From: Candidatus Saccharimonadales bacterium
Lineage (GTDB): Bacteria > Patescibacteriota > Saccharimonadia > Saccharimonadales > JAUPVS01
Direction: 5' to 3'
Assembly: GCA_039920385.1 (NCBI GenBank)
Contig: JBDSDR010000020.1
Span: 6,341 to 70,340, forward strand
Length of the DNA: 64,000 nucleotides
The notes below the pieces were generated by a model that was given only the letters and a program-made list of their open reading frames with translations, did not search any database and had not been told where the DNA came from. The translations under genes were made by a program, and so were the position numbers. Below, one piece after another: positions 45,747-54,448 of this stretch (positions within the stretch are counted from its first letter, which is position 1; each line of letters opens with the position of its first letter).

Positions 45747-46889
45747 ATGAAAAAACAAAAAGCTACACCGGTCAGAAGGTTTTTGACGAACACCCGCAAC
45801 ATTACGGGCATGCTGATGATTATTGCCGTTTTGGTAATTGGCATGAGTATTAAGCCATCAGTTAAAGCCGACAGCGTAAGCGACCAAATTAATACCCTGC
45901 AACAAGAGAATGCCCGCAATAACGACGTTGTGGCTAACCTACAAGATCAAGCTACCAGTTACCAAGATGCTATCGGTAAACTACAAGCCGCTATTGCTAC
46001 CTTGCAGTCACAAATTGATGCCAATACCGCCGAGCAAAATCGTTTACAAACCGAAATCACCAATGCCGAGAACGAGCTGGTCAAGCAAAAAGAAGTACTC
46101 GGCACCAATATTAAGCAAATGTATCTCGAAGGACAAATCTCTACTCTAGAAATGTTGGCTTCCAGTAAAGACCTTAGCCAATTCGTCGACAAACAGCAGT
46201 ACCGTAACTCTGTGCAACAGAAAATCAAAACCACGCTCGATAAAATTACCGCTTTAAAGCACCAGTTGAACAGCCAGAAAGAGCAGATTGAAAAGCTTTT
46301 AGCCGATCAAAAACAAAAACAATCCAGTCAACAAGCTAGCCGGGCCGAACAAGCCAACTTACTTTCCTTCAACGAAGGCCAACAGTCGGTTTATAACCAA
46401 AAAACTAAAGATAATCAATCGAAGATCGACGCTTTAATCGCTTCACAGCGTCGGGCTAACTTTAACCCTGATGGTGGCTATTACTTCCTGCGTTTCCCAG
46501 GGCCGGTTAACGGTATCAACCCTAACGCCTATCCTTATGCTAATGCTGGTTTTGGAATGAGTCCTGGACCTGGCTGTGTCGACAATGACGGGCCCGATCC
46601 ATGGGGTTACTGTACTCGCCAATGTGTGTCTTACACTGCTTGGGCTGTCCAGGCATCAGGCCGATCTGCACCATCCTTTTATGGCAATGCCCGTGACTGG
46701 GTAGGCGCCGCCTACGCTCGTGGTATTCAGGTTTCACGAACTCCACAACCTGGTGACGTGGCTATCAGCACATCTGGTTACTGGGGACACGCCATGTATG
46801 TCCAAGGGGTGTCTGGCGGATCATTCACTACCAGTGAGTACAACACCTATTTAACTGGCCAACTATCTTACCAAACCCGAAATTATTAA
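45747..46889 (+). CDS. PcsB-like peptidoglycan hydrolase: signal anchor, long coiled coil and C-terminal CHAP domain
   Basis: The coiled coil is Q/L/K-rich. CHAP Cys lies in TRQCVSYTAWAV and His in GHAMYV. The start is uncertain (45726 or 45747). A TTGCAA-N17-TATTAT promoter lies at 45693-45721. Confidence 0.8.
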   Translation: MKKQKATPVRRFLTNTRNITGMLMIIAVLVIGMSIKPSVKADSVSDQINTLQQENARNNDVVANLQDQATSYQDAIGKLQAAIATLQSQIDANTAEQNRLQTEITNAENELVKQKEVLGTNIKQMYLEGQISTLEMLASSKDLSQFVDKQQYRNSVQQKIKTTLDKITALKHQLNSQKEQIEKLLADQKQKQSSQQASRAEQANLLSFNEGQQSVYNQKTKDNQSKIDALIASQRRANFNPDGGYYFLRFPGPVNGINPNAYPYANAGFGMSPGPGCVDNDGPDPWGYCTRQCVSYTAWAVQASGRSAPSFYGNARDWVGAAYARGIQVSRTPQPGDVAISTSGYWGHAMYVQGVSGGSFTTSEYNTYLTGQLSYQTRNY

Positions 46890-46956
46890 ACTCTAGAACA
46901 TCAAGCCATAAACGGTTACAATAATGGTTCAAGATGCTTAAAAAGAGGGGATACCT

Positions 46957-48180
46957 GTGGTTCAACCTGTGCCAGACCAACCAACTGAAAAGAAACGTTC
47001 CAAACGCTCCAAAATCGCTCTCAAACGGATTGCACTAGTAGTTTTCGCAGCAGCAATATTTATCCTGGGGTTAAATATTGGCAGTGGTAGAATTACTTTC
47101 TCTAACCAAACTGGTGTTCAAAAGAACCTACCAAATAAGCTCGATTACACATCGGTTAATGAACTGTATCGGGCTCTAAAAGCTAACTTTGATGGTGAAC
47201 TCGATACCACCAAACTAACTGATGGCATGAAGCAGGGCCTAGTTAAGGCCGCTGGCGACCCTTATACCGAATATCTAAGTGCTGCTGAGTATAAAGACTT
47301 TAATGATCAATTAAGCGGCTCGTTTACGGGTATTGGGGCCGAGTTAAGCCAAGGTAGTGATGGCAGTATCGTGATTGTTTCGCCAATTGCCGGTTTCCCA
47401 GCCGAAAAGGCTGGCCTCAAGCCAAAGGATGTAATTGTCGAGATTGATGGCACCTCTACCGCCGGAATGACAGTTTCCGAAGCGGTCCAAAAAATTCGCG
47501 GTCCAAAAGATTCTTCCGTTAAGCTAAAGATTATACGCGGCAGTACACCGGTCGAAGTAACAATTGTTCGTCAAGATATTTCCATCCCAAGTGTTAATAG
47601 CAAGGTCGAAAACGGCATCGGTTATCTAACGATTAGTCGGTTTGGCGAAGACACAGCCAGTTTAGCTAAGGCTGCTGCCGAAGACTTTAAACAACAGAAT
47701 GTTAAGGGTGTGGTGGTAGACGTCAGAAGCAACCCAGGCGGCTTGTTAGACGCCGCCGTGTCGGTTTCGAGCTTGTGGCTGCCTAAAGGCACGACTGTGC
47801 TGACAGAGCGGCGTGATGGCTTGGTGACCAATACTTTTAAAGCCGAAGGTGGTGATGTCCTCAAAGGCATTCCAACCGTCGTTCTAATCGATGGTGGTAG
47901 TGCCAGCGCCAGCGAAATTTTGGCCGGTGCTCTCAAAGACAACGGGGCAGCCAGCCTAGTCGGCGAAAAGTCATACGGTAAAGGTAGCGTTCAGCAACTA
48001 ATTAAACTTGATGGCGGCGGTGTCCTTAAAGTTACTATCGCACGTTGGTTTACACCCGGTGGCAAAAACATCGACAAGGCCGGCATCGAACCCGATAAAA
48101 AAGTGACTATTACGCCGGATGACGCCAAAAATGGCAATGACCCGCAAAAATCGGCCGCTACCCAGCAACTCAGCCAGTAA
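46957..48180 (+). CDS. ctpA: S41 C-terminal processing (tail-specific) protease with PDZ domain
   Basis: Contains the PDZ segment AGLKPKDVIVEIDG, Ser in GGSASASEILAGALKD and Lys in SYGKGSVQ. The GTG start has GAGGGG 8 nt upstream. Confidence 0.88.
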   Translation: MVQPVPDQPTEKKRSKRSKIALKRIALVVFAAAIFILGLNIGSGRITFSNQTGVQKNLPNKLDYTSVNELYRALKANFDGELDTTKLTDGMKQGLVKAAGDPYTEYLSAAEYKDFNDQLSGSFTGIGAELSQGSDGSIVIVSPIAGFPAEKAGLKPKDVIVEIDGTSTAGMTVSEAVQKIRGPKDSSVKLKIIRGSTPVEVTIVRQDISIPSVNSKVENGIGYLTISRFGEDTASLAKAAAEDFKQQNVKGVVVDVRSNPGGLLDAAVSVSSLWLPKGTTVLTERRDGLVTNTFKAEGGDVLKGIPTVVLIDGGSASASEILAGALKDNGAASLVGEKSYGKGSVQQLIKLDGGGVLKVTIARWFTPGGKNIDKAGIEPDKKVTITPDDAKNGNDPQKSAATQQLSQ

Positions 48181-48238
48181 ATTAATCATCTTTTAATAGT
48201 TTTTGCGATCCAAAATAGGCGCATGATAGGCTGTTAGT

Positions 48239-48700
48239 ATGAAAGAAAAAACGACTGCAGTCATTACCCTAAACGACCTAGACGAACGTTTCGCCGCCAG
48301 TGCCAAAGACCTAGACGAACGTTTCGCCGCCAGTGCCAAAGACCTAGACAGGCGCTTTTCCGCGAACGCCAAAGATTTAGATAAACGCTTTGCTGCCAAC
48401 GCCAAAGATCTCGACCAACGTTTTGCTGCGTATACCCAGTCTATGGATAGTCGCTTTGCCTTATACATCCAAGCTATGGACAAACGTTTTGCTATTGCCG
48501 AGGCAGCATCAGATCGTAAGTTTCAGATAGTTCTTGAAATAGCTCAAGATATCGGTATGTTACGGCGTGATGTTTCTGAGCTAAAAACAGACATGAAAGA
48601 TGTCAAAATCAACCTAAGAACTATCAAGAAAGTCCTAACTGCCACAAATGCCCAGGTAACCGACCATGACTTTAGAATTACTCGTCTAGAAACAGCTTAG
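48239..48700 (+). CDS. Small coiled-coil protein with hendecad (11-aa) D-x-R-F repeats
   Basis: Repeats read LDERFAASAKD x2 (identical), LDRRFSANAKD, LDKRFAANAKD, LDQRFAAYTQS, MDSRFALYIQA, MDKRFAIAEAA. The C-terminus is shared with the 6755 product. Confidence 0.75.
   Translation: MKEKTTAVITLNDLDERFAASAKDLDERFAASAKDLDRRFSANAKDLDKRFAANAKDLDQRFAAYTQSMDSRFALYIQAMDKRFAIAEAASDRKFQIVLEIAQDIGMLRRDVSELKTDMKDVKINLRTIKKVLTATNAQVTDHDFRITRLETA
48278..48541 (+). repeat. Eight tandem 33-bp coding repeats; the first two are identical
   Basis: ctagacgaacgtttcgccgccagtgccaaagac occurs at 48278-48310 and again at 48311-48343. Progressively diverged copies follow, each starting with (c/t)t(a/c)ga(c/t)... or atgga(t/c).... 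Confidence 0.9.
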
Positions 48701-48787
48701 TCTGCGAGGCCCATTGTAAAAGCGACCTTGGAAATAACCACAAAATGCGGTAGCATATTAAGGAATAACGAAGGGGTAGTAATAGAG

Positions 48788-50392
48788 GTGGCAAAGCGAC
48801 CAACTAAATTTATATTTGTGACAGGTGGTGTGCTTTCGGGGCTCGGTAAAGGCATCACCGCCGCCTCCATCGGTAACCTCTTAAAAGCTCGCGGCCTAAG
48901 CGTCAACCTCCAAAAGTGCGACCCCTATCTTAATACCGATGCTGGTACGCTTAACCCGGCTGAACACGGCGAATGCTTCGTTACTAAAGATGGTGCCGAA
49001 ACCGATCTTGATCTTGGTCACTACGAACGCTTTCTCGACCAAGAGCTGACTCAGGCCAGCTCTTTGATGAGTGGTCGCGTCTTAAGTAAGGTTATCGAAG
49101 ATGAACGAAACGGCAAATACCTTGGTAAAACCGTCCAGTTCATACCCCATGTAACTAGCGCTAGCCAAGAAGAAATCCTTAAAGCTGCTGATGGCTTTGA
49201 TGTTCACATTGTCGAAATCGGCGGCACAGTGGGTGATTACGAGGGCTTAAGCTTTCTAGAGGCAATTCGCGAACTAGCCTTTAAGGTTGGCCGCGAAAAC
49301 TGTACCTACGTACACGTTGTTTATATGCCATACCTCGGTGCCAGCCACGAATTTAAGACTAAGCCGGCCCAAAATGCTGTACGTGAACTGCGTGGCTTGG
49401 GCGTTGTACCGGACGTTTTAGTAGTCCGAAGCGAACAGGCCGCTCCCAAAAATGTTATCGACAAACTGAGCTTATTTTCTGGTGTCCCCACCGAAGCTGT
49501 GGCGCTTTTGCCCAATGCCAGGACTATTTACGATGTGCCACTAACGCTCGAAGACGCCGGAATTGCCGATTTCATCGGTCGACGACTCGATCTTAAGATT
49601 AAAAAACCCGACCTCAAACAGTGGCGAGCAGTTGTTCAGAAGGCCACCAAAGATCATAAGCATACTGTAACCGTCGGTGTGGTCGCTAAATATATGGACA
49701 ACCAGGATACTTACATGTCGGTGTTCGAAGCTTTGCGAGCGGCTGGTTGGGCGCACGATGCTAAAGTCGAAATTAAATGGATTGATGCCGAGAAGCTCGA
49801 AAAAGCCAAAAACCCAGGCACTATGCTAAAAGATGTCGATGGCGTCGTCGTGCCTGGTGGCTTTGGTGTGCGCGGCCTCGAAGGCAAAATTAAGGCAGCC
49901 CAATACTGCTTAGCAGAAAAAGTTCCGTATCTTGGTTTGTGCCTCGGTTTGCAAATGGCGGTAATTGCCGCCGCTCGCAACGCTGGGCTTAAAGATGCTA
50001 CCACTTTTGAGCTTAACCCCAAGGGCGAGAATCAAGTCATCCACTTTATGGCCGACCAAAAAGGCAAAGAAAACACTGGGGGCACCATGCGGCTCGGTGA
50101 TTATCCGTGCGTAATCGAAAAGGGCAGTTTAGCAGCGAAGGTTTACGGTACGACTAAAATTACCGAACGACACCGTCATCGCCTAGAATGTAACAATCAG
50201 TACCGCGATCAGTACCAAAAATGGGGGATTAAAGCAGTTGGCCTATCACCCGATCACCATTTGGTCGAAATGATTGAGGCGATTGATCACCCCTTCATGA
50301 TGGCCAGCCAATTCCACCCCGAATTCAAATCGCGTCCCAATCGACCACACCCAATGTTCGAAGGCTTCATTAACTCACTCTTGAAAAATTAA
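48788..50392 (+). CDS. pyrG: CTP synthase
   Basis: Contains KFIFVTGGVLSGLGKG and the GATase triad region LGLCLGLQ. GTG 48788 is preferred over the track TTG at 48728 by comparison with typical PyrG N-termini. Confidence 0.93.
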   Translation: MAKRPTKFIFVTGGVLSGLGKGITAASIGNLLKARGLSVNLQKCDPYLNTDAGTLNPAEHGECFVTKDGAETDLDLGHYERFLDQELTQASSLMSGRVLSKVIEDERNGKYLGKTVQFIPHVTSASQEEILKAADGFDVHIVEIGGTVGDYEGLSFLEAIRELAFKVGRENCTYVHVVYMPYLGASHEFKTKPAQNAVRELRGLGVVPDVLVVRSEQAAPKNVIDKLSLFSGVPTEAVALLPNARTIYDVPLTLEDAGIADFIGRRLDLKIKKPDLKQWRAVVQKATKDHKHTVTVGVVAKYMDNQDTYMSVFEALRAAGWAHDAKVEIKWIDAEKLEKAKNPGTMLKDVDGVVVPGGFGVRGLEGKIKAAQYCLAEKVPYLGLCLGLQMAVIAAARNAGLKDATTFELNPKGENQVIHFMADQKGKENTGGTMRLGDYPCVIEKGSLAAKVYGTTKITERHRHRLECNNQYRDQYQKWGIKAVGLSPDHHLVEMIEAIDHPFMMASQFHPEFKSRPNRPHPMFEGFINSLLKN

Positions 50393-50416
50393 CCAAATCC
50401 TTGTAGCATTAGCAAT

Positions 50417-50869
50417 ATGGAACCAACCGCAACACCACCAACCCCGGCAGCTCAACCCAATCCGCAAACTCCGCCGCCGGCCGCTCCACCAGCCAGCGCC
50501 AGCAAAAAGATTTTACTAGTCGAAGACGATGATGCCCTAGCAACAGTGTATGTTACCCGGCTACAAGCCGAGGGCTTTGATGTTAAGCGGGTACCTAATG
50601 GTGAGGAAGCCCTCGCCACCGCCCTACAGTACAAGCCAGATCTTATTTTGCTCGATGTTATGATGCCTAAAGTCAGCGGTTTCGACGTACTCGATATTTT
50701 GCGTAATACTCCCGAAACTTCGGCCGTTAAGGTCATTATGTTAACCGCCTTAAGCCAAGACAGTGACAAAGACCGAGCTACTCAACTTGGTGCCGACGAC
50801 TACTTAGTTAAGTCCCAAGTTGTGATTGCTGATGTGGTCGACCGCATCCGACATCACTTAGGTATCTAG
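50417..50869 (+). CDS. Single-domain (CheY-like) response regulator with a Pro-rich N-terminal extension
   Basis: Canonical receiver residues are present: VEDDD, LILLDVMMP (phospho-Asp), MLTAL (Thr) and YLVKS (Lys). Confidence 0.88.
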   Translation: MEPTATPPTPAAQPNPQTPPPAAPPASASKKILLVEDDDALATVYVTRLQAEGFDVKRVPNGEEALATALQYKPDLILLDVMMPKVSGFDVLDILRNTPETSAVKVIMLTALSQDSDKDRATQLGADDYLVKSQVVIADVVDRIRHHLGI

Positions 50870-50881
50870 TTAGCTAGCAAG

Positions 50882-50910
50882 TTGACAAGCTAAGCCGCTA
50901 ATGCTAATAT
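50882..50910 (+). promoter_or_regulatory. Near-consensus promoter TTGACA-N17-(TGc)TAATAT
   Basis: ttgaca lies at 50882-50887 and taatat at 50905-50910, preceded by tgc (extended -10). GAAGGAAG SD precedes ATG 50950. Confidence 0.7.
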
Positions 50911-50949
50911 ACTGTTATTAGCAACTAAAACAAAAAAGAAGGAAGAACG

Positions 50950-51210
50950 ATGCAACCAGACGAAAACCCACAACCACCAGTTGTCCCTCAGGATAATCCT
51001 CCTGTGGTCGACCCAGCTCCATCAGTTGACCCAATGGCGAGCCCAGCTCCAACCGTTGATCCGACTGTACCAGCTGAACCAGCTGCTCCGGTTATGCCCG
51101 AAGTCCCGGCTGACCCAGCTCCAGAAGCGCCTGTCACACCCGACATGCCAACTCCCGAAGCTCCAGCCGAACCGGCCGCACCAGTCGACCCAATGGCTCC
51201 ACAACAGTAA
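50950..51210 (+). CDS. Pro-rich low-complexity 86-aa protein (hypothetical)
   Basis: Has its own strong promoter, SD and terminator. The composition is P/A/V/D/E only, with no TM helix. Confidence 0.6.
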   Translation: MQPDENPQPPVVPQDNPPVVDPAPSVDPMASPAPTVDPTVPAEPAAPVMPEVPADPAPEAPVTPDMPTPEAPAEPAAPVDPMAPQQ

Positions 51211-51232
51211 ACTTAGGTTTACTAGCAAAAAG

Positions 51233-51256
51233 ACGCTCCGCAAGGGGCGTTTTTTA
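51233..51256 (+). terminator. Rho-independent terminator
   Basis: Stem acgctcc / ggggcgt with loop gcaa, followed by ttttt. Confidence 0.8.
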
Positions 51257-51293
51257 TATTCCAACATAAAACTACTAACTTCGTACAACTAGA

Positions 51294-51322
51294 TTGACAA
51301 ATCAACAAGCTTATGCTAGTAT
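51294..51322 (+). promoter_or_regulatory. Near-consensus promoter TTGACA-N17-(TGc)TAGTAT, copy 1 of a duplicated promoter
   Basis: attgacaaatcaacaagcttatgctagtat (51293-51322) is 28/30 identical to 52575-52604. Confidence 0.7.
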
Positions 51323-51348
51323 TATATCTGTTAGGACAAAACAAACAC

Positions 51349-52554
51349 ATGCCACAAACACCACACGGTCACATAATGGAACCATTACCTGAGTACTACA
51401 GCTCATCACGTGCTGCTCGAGAATTTGGTGAAACTAACCCCAACCGTGCCATGCTTGAAAATCTTCGAGCTGATATAGGCTGGAATCCTAACACCGAAGC
51501 GGTAATGGGTTCACTCTACTCAGCCTCACGTATTATTGGTGATAGCGAACTCTATGCTGGTGATTCAACGGGACAAGTAGCTCTATTGCTTGAACCTTCT
51601 CGACCTCAAGCAGCCCCAGAAGCCTTTAACGACGCAGGTGATGGCGTTGAAAACTCGCTTGAAGCCGGCTCATATAATGAAGTTGACCACTTGGTTAACA
51701 TGAATATGACTAAGCTGCTTAAACACGCAGACTCAATGGTTTCTTATTTTGACAAAGCAGGTGAGCCACTTAAAAACCCCGCTGACGCTCACTTATTTAT
51801 GATACTTGGTGTCGCATCTCATGAATCGGGCCATGTCATTATGTCTGGCCTGAGTAAATTTCAACGACAAGTCCCAGGTATGGACGTTGATTACAGCAAG
51901 AATTTGGCAACCCGTACTTTCTTGGGTGCTAACCCAGATCTTGGCTTTACTGGTAACTGGGACACCGATGTTCAGATTCACGAAGAACGCTTTGCAGAAG
52001 GCTATTCCCAGATGGTATTACGAAAAGCCATGGAAACATTAGGCTATGAACCCGATCATATCGAACGGATTGCCGAGTACTTAACAGCAGGCTTTAGCTG
52101 GAAAGATACGCATGAAGGCGAGCACCAACTGGACCATATCGAAAAGGTTAGCGCAGATAGCCCTATTAACAAAGTTATGGAAGCAGTTGTCAGTACCGAT
52201 GAACTGATTAAAACACACCAACATTACTTAGGTGACTTAGGTTATAGCGCGCCATTGACCCCAGAAGACATGATTAGCCAGTTCCAGAACCTACACTTAA
52301 TCCTGAAAGATCGTGAGGCAGGGCAAGCCAATCCAACCGCTCAGCAGTGGGAAGAAAAAGTAAGGGCGGCTCAGTCTTCAGAGACAAAGGCGATTATTGA
52401 AGGTCTGCGCGAGAAGCGCGCTAATGAGTTACAGATGCAGAAAGAAGCTGCCCACCAGCAAGCCAAGCTATCTCGCCGCCGCCGACTTGTTGGTGGAATT
52501 TCATTACGGGGTAGCCGGAAGCGAACCAATGATACCCCAGCCGAAACTCGCTAA
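51349..52554 (+). CDS. Hypothetical 401-aa protein with an HExxH motif (putative zinc metalloprotease-like)
   Basis: Contains GVASHESGHVIMSG followed by QIHEERFAEGY, and has a basic C-terminal tail. ATG 51349 is chosen because the track ATG at 51313 lies inside the promoter spacer. Confidence 0.7.
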   Translation: MPQTPHGHIMEPLPEYYSSSRAAREFGETNPNRAMLENLRADIGWNPNTEAVMGSLYSASRIIGDSELYAGDSTGQVALLLEPSRPQAAPEAFNDAGDGVENSLEAGSYNEVDHLVNMNMTKLLKHADSMVSYFDKAGEPLKNPADAHLFMILGVASHESGHVIMSGLSKFQRQVPGMDVDYSKNLATRTFLGANPDLGFTGNWDTDVQIHEERFAEGYSQMVLRKAMETLGYEPDHIERIAEYLTAGFSWKDTHEGEHQLDHIEKVSADSPINKVMEAVVSTDELIKTHQHYLGDLGYSAPLTPEDMISQFQNLHLILKDREAGQANPTAQQWEEKVRAAQSSETKAIIEGLREKRANELQMQKEAAHQQAKLSRRRRLVGGISLRGSRKRTNDTPAETR

Positions 52555-52575
52555 AACCCAGTTTATTTAACTACA

Positions 52576-52604
52576 TTGACAAATCAACAAGCTTGTGCTA
52601 ATAT
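52576..52604 (+). promoter_or_regulatory. Near-consensus promoter TTGACA-N17-(TGc)TAATAT, copy 2 of the duplicated promoter
   Basis: attgacaaatcaacaagcttgtgctaatat lies at 52575-52604. AAGGAA SD precedes ATG 52638. Confidence 0.7.
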
Positions 52605-52637
52605 GTAAGTATAGTTAATAAAACAAAAGGAAATAAT

Positions 52638-52871
52638 ATGCAAGAAAACGCACCAACAGAACAAGAACAACAGATGTTTCAACCACCAGATGCGGCTGAA
52701 TTAGCCGGTAATCCAGATGAAATGCAGGCTGCCGTAGAAGCTGCTGCAGTTCGATCAGTGGATCCCCGAAGTGAACTTCAGGTTCAGGTAGATCAGCAAA
52801 TGAATCTTTCTGCTGCTGCTCGTAAGAATGCTGCTGCCGTTGGCAAAGTCCCAACTGCAGATCTTCGCTAA
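52638..52871 (+). CDS. Hypothetical 77-aa acidic Q/A-rich protein
   Basis: Has its own promoter, SD and terminator. No recognisable motif. Confidence 0.55.
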   Translation: MQENAPTEQEQQMFQPPDAAELAGNPDEMQAAVEAAAVRSVDPRSELQVQVDQQMNLSAAARKNAAAVGKVPTADLR

Positions 52872-52885
52872 CACGCCAAGGAAAT

Positions 52886-52918
52886 TAAAAAAGCGCTCCG
52901 TCACGGGGCGCTTTTTTA
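52886..52918. terminator. Bidirectional rho-independent terminator (A-tract / hairpin / T-tract)
   Basis: The sequence is aaaaaagcgctccg-tcac-ggggcgctttttt. It sits between the convergent 52638 ORF (+) and rpmA (-). Confidence 0.8.
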
Positions 52919-52938
52919 ATTTCTCTAGAGGAGGGAAG

Positions 52939-53211
52939 TTAGATAACAGTAACTTCGGTGCGGATGGTAGTTTTACCAGTGAAGCGGCGGATTTTGCGCT
53001 TGCGGTAAGTGACGATGCCATCTTTGGCAGCGTGAATAGTGTAGTTACGACTTAGGGAAGTACCAACGCCAGCCCGCTTGTTAAGGCCGACTTGCCGAAC
53101 AATAACTTGGCCAAGTTTGACTTTTTCGCCACCAAAAAGCTTAACGCCTAAGCGTTGACCGGGACTATCGTGAACGTTTTTTGCTGCGCCACCAGCTTTG
53201 ACATGTGACAT
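52939..53211 (-). CDS. rpmA: Ribosomal protein L27
   Basis: The sequence is MSHVKAGGAAKNVHDSPGQRLGVK. Confidence 0.95.
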   Translation of the reverse strand: MSHVKAGGAAKNVHDSPGQRLGVKLFGGEKVKLGQVIVRQVGLNKRAGVGTSLSRNYTIHAAKDGIVTYRKRKIRRFTGKTTIRTEVTVI

Positions 53212-53215
53212 ATTG

Positions 53216-54382
53216 TTACTTCCTTGTTAGTACTACCAGTTCACGACCAACGAATTGGCCTTCGCGGTGATAGATCAGATCTTCACTGCGGGTGTGAACA
53301 AAACTTATACGAGTATACCCCAAATCCTCGAGAGAATCAAGCGTCGGTAGGTGTTTAAAGCCATTTTTTGTCATCCAGGCCGGAATGGCTAAACACATAG
53401 TAAAGCCGTATTGAGTTTGCTTGGCTAGGTTTTTTAGGAATTTGCGGTGGATGGTGTCGACTTCGCGGATGGTTTGCTCGAGGATATCACGGGCTGGTTC
53501 GGTGGTGAAGGGGCGGCCCAGGTAGGTTTCGCCGGCGACTACGTCGAACGGCTCTTTCCAGAGGTGGTTGGTGGCATCGCCGGCTTCAACAACAAAGCTG
53601 CGGTCAGATGGCCACTTTTCGTTTAGCCACTCTAGATTGGCCTTAGTGTAGTCGATCATGCGTGGTTCTAGATCGGTGCCGTAGGCATTGTAGCCATCCA
53701 AAGTAGCTTCTTGCAAAATAACTCCAGTACCGCAGAAGGGGTCGAGCAAACGGGTTTTTGACTCCCCAGCCAAGTTAACGATAATCTGGGCTAGTTTGGG
53801 GGGAAGCATGCCAACTCGGGCGTCACGCTTGGGGCGGGCTTGGTCGCGGGCGGCGTAGGTGTTGATATCTTGCGAGTCGGTAACTTGAGCCAAGATCGTA
53901 GTGTTGCCATCTTTGACGATGATTAATTCCAGGCCGGTTGGGCCAGCCAGTTGGTTGTGCATACTTTGGGCACTATTCAGCTCTAAACCGGTATTTGGTA
54001 CAACTCGCACTGATCGACCGGCTTTTTTGATGGCTTTTTTTAGCTCCAATCCGGTGCGATTAATCTCGCGGACATCAATCCTGAAGTCGTAAACATTTAG
54101 GCCGAGCCGAATTTTGCCTTCGGGCATGTCCTGAATGTAATCGGACAGATTTTTGGCAATGTAGCGAACGACTTGTGGCCAAGCGGTGACGTTAATGTGA
54201 GTTAAGACTTTGGCGAGTTTGATACTACCGCCCAAGCGAGAGAAGTTAATGTCGGTATGATCACGGTCTAGGACGGCGATTTGAGCACTTACCGGGCGCA
54301 ACGAATCGGCACCGTAGAGGCTTTCTAATTCCGCCAGACCGAGGGCTGGCTGCCGACCGAGAACAACTAAACTCTGATTCAT
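53216..54382 (-). CDS. THUMP/Trm11-like SAM-dependent RNA methyltransferase (COG1041-type)
   Basis: Contains LLDPFCGTGVILQEA (motif I) and YGTDLEPRM. The N-terminal ~170 aa form a non-catalytic RNA-binding-like domain. Confidence 0.7.
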   Translation of the reverse strand: MNQSLVVLGRQPALGLAELESLYGADSLRPVSAQIAVLDRDHTDINFSRLGGSIKLAKVLTHINVTAWPQVVRYIAKNLSDYIQDMPEGKIRLGLNVYDFRIDVREINRTGLELKKAIKKAGRSVRVVPNTGLELNSAQSMHNQLAGPTGLELIIVKDGNTTILAQVTDSQDINTYAARDQARPKRDARVGMLPPKLAQIIVNLAGESKTRLLDPFCGTGVILQEATLDGYNAYGTDLEPRMIDYTKANLEWLNEKWPSDRSFVVEAGDATNHLWKEPFDVVAGETYLGRPFTTEPARDILEQTIREVDTIHRKFLKNLAKQTQYGFTMCLAIPAWMTKNGFKHLPTLDSLEDLGYTRISFVHTRSEDLIYHREGQFVGRELVVLTRK

Positions 54383-54448
54383 TTGCTATATTATACCATT
54401 AACGGATTAAAATTAACAGCTGGAATAAGTAGGGTATAATAGCTAGCA

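Noticed and set aside
48278-48541. The regular 33-bp periodic repeats could look like a CRISPR array or minisatellite.
   Set aside because: There are no unique spacers between repeats. The units are contiguous, stay in frame, and encode an 11-aa repeat inside a clean 153-aa ORF.
50950-51210. Alternative-frame ORFs 50981-51292 (+) and 51022-51288 (-) overlapping the Pro-rich gene.
   Set aside because: Only the 50950 frame is positioned behind the strong promoter and SD and ends before the terminator. The others run through the terminator hairpin.
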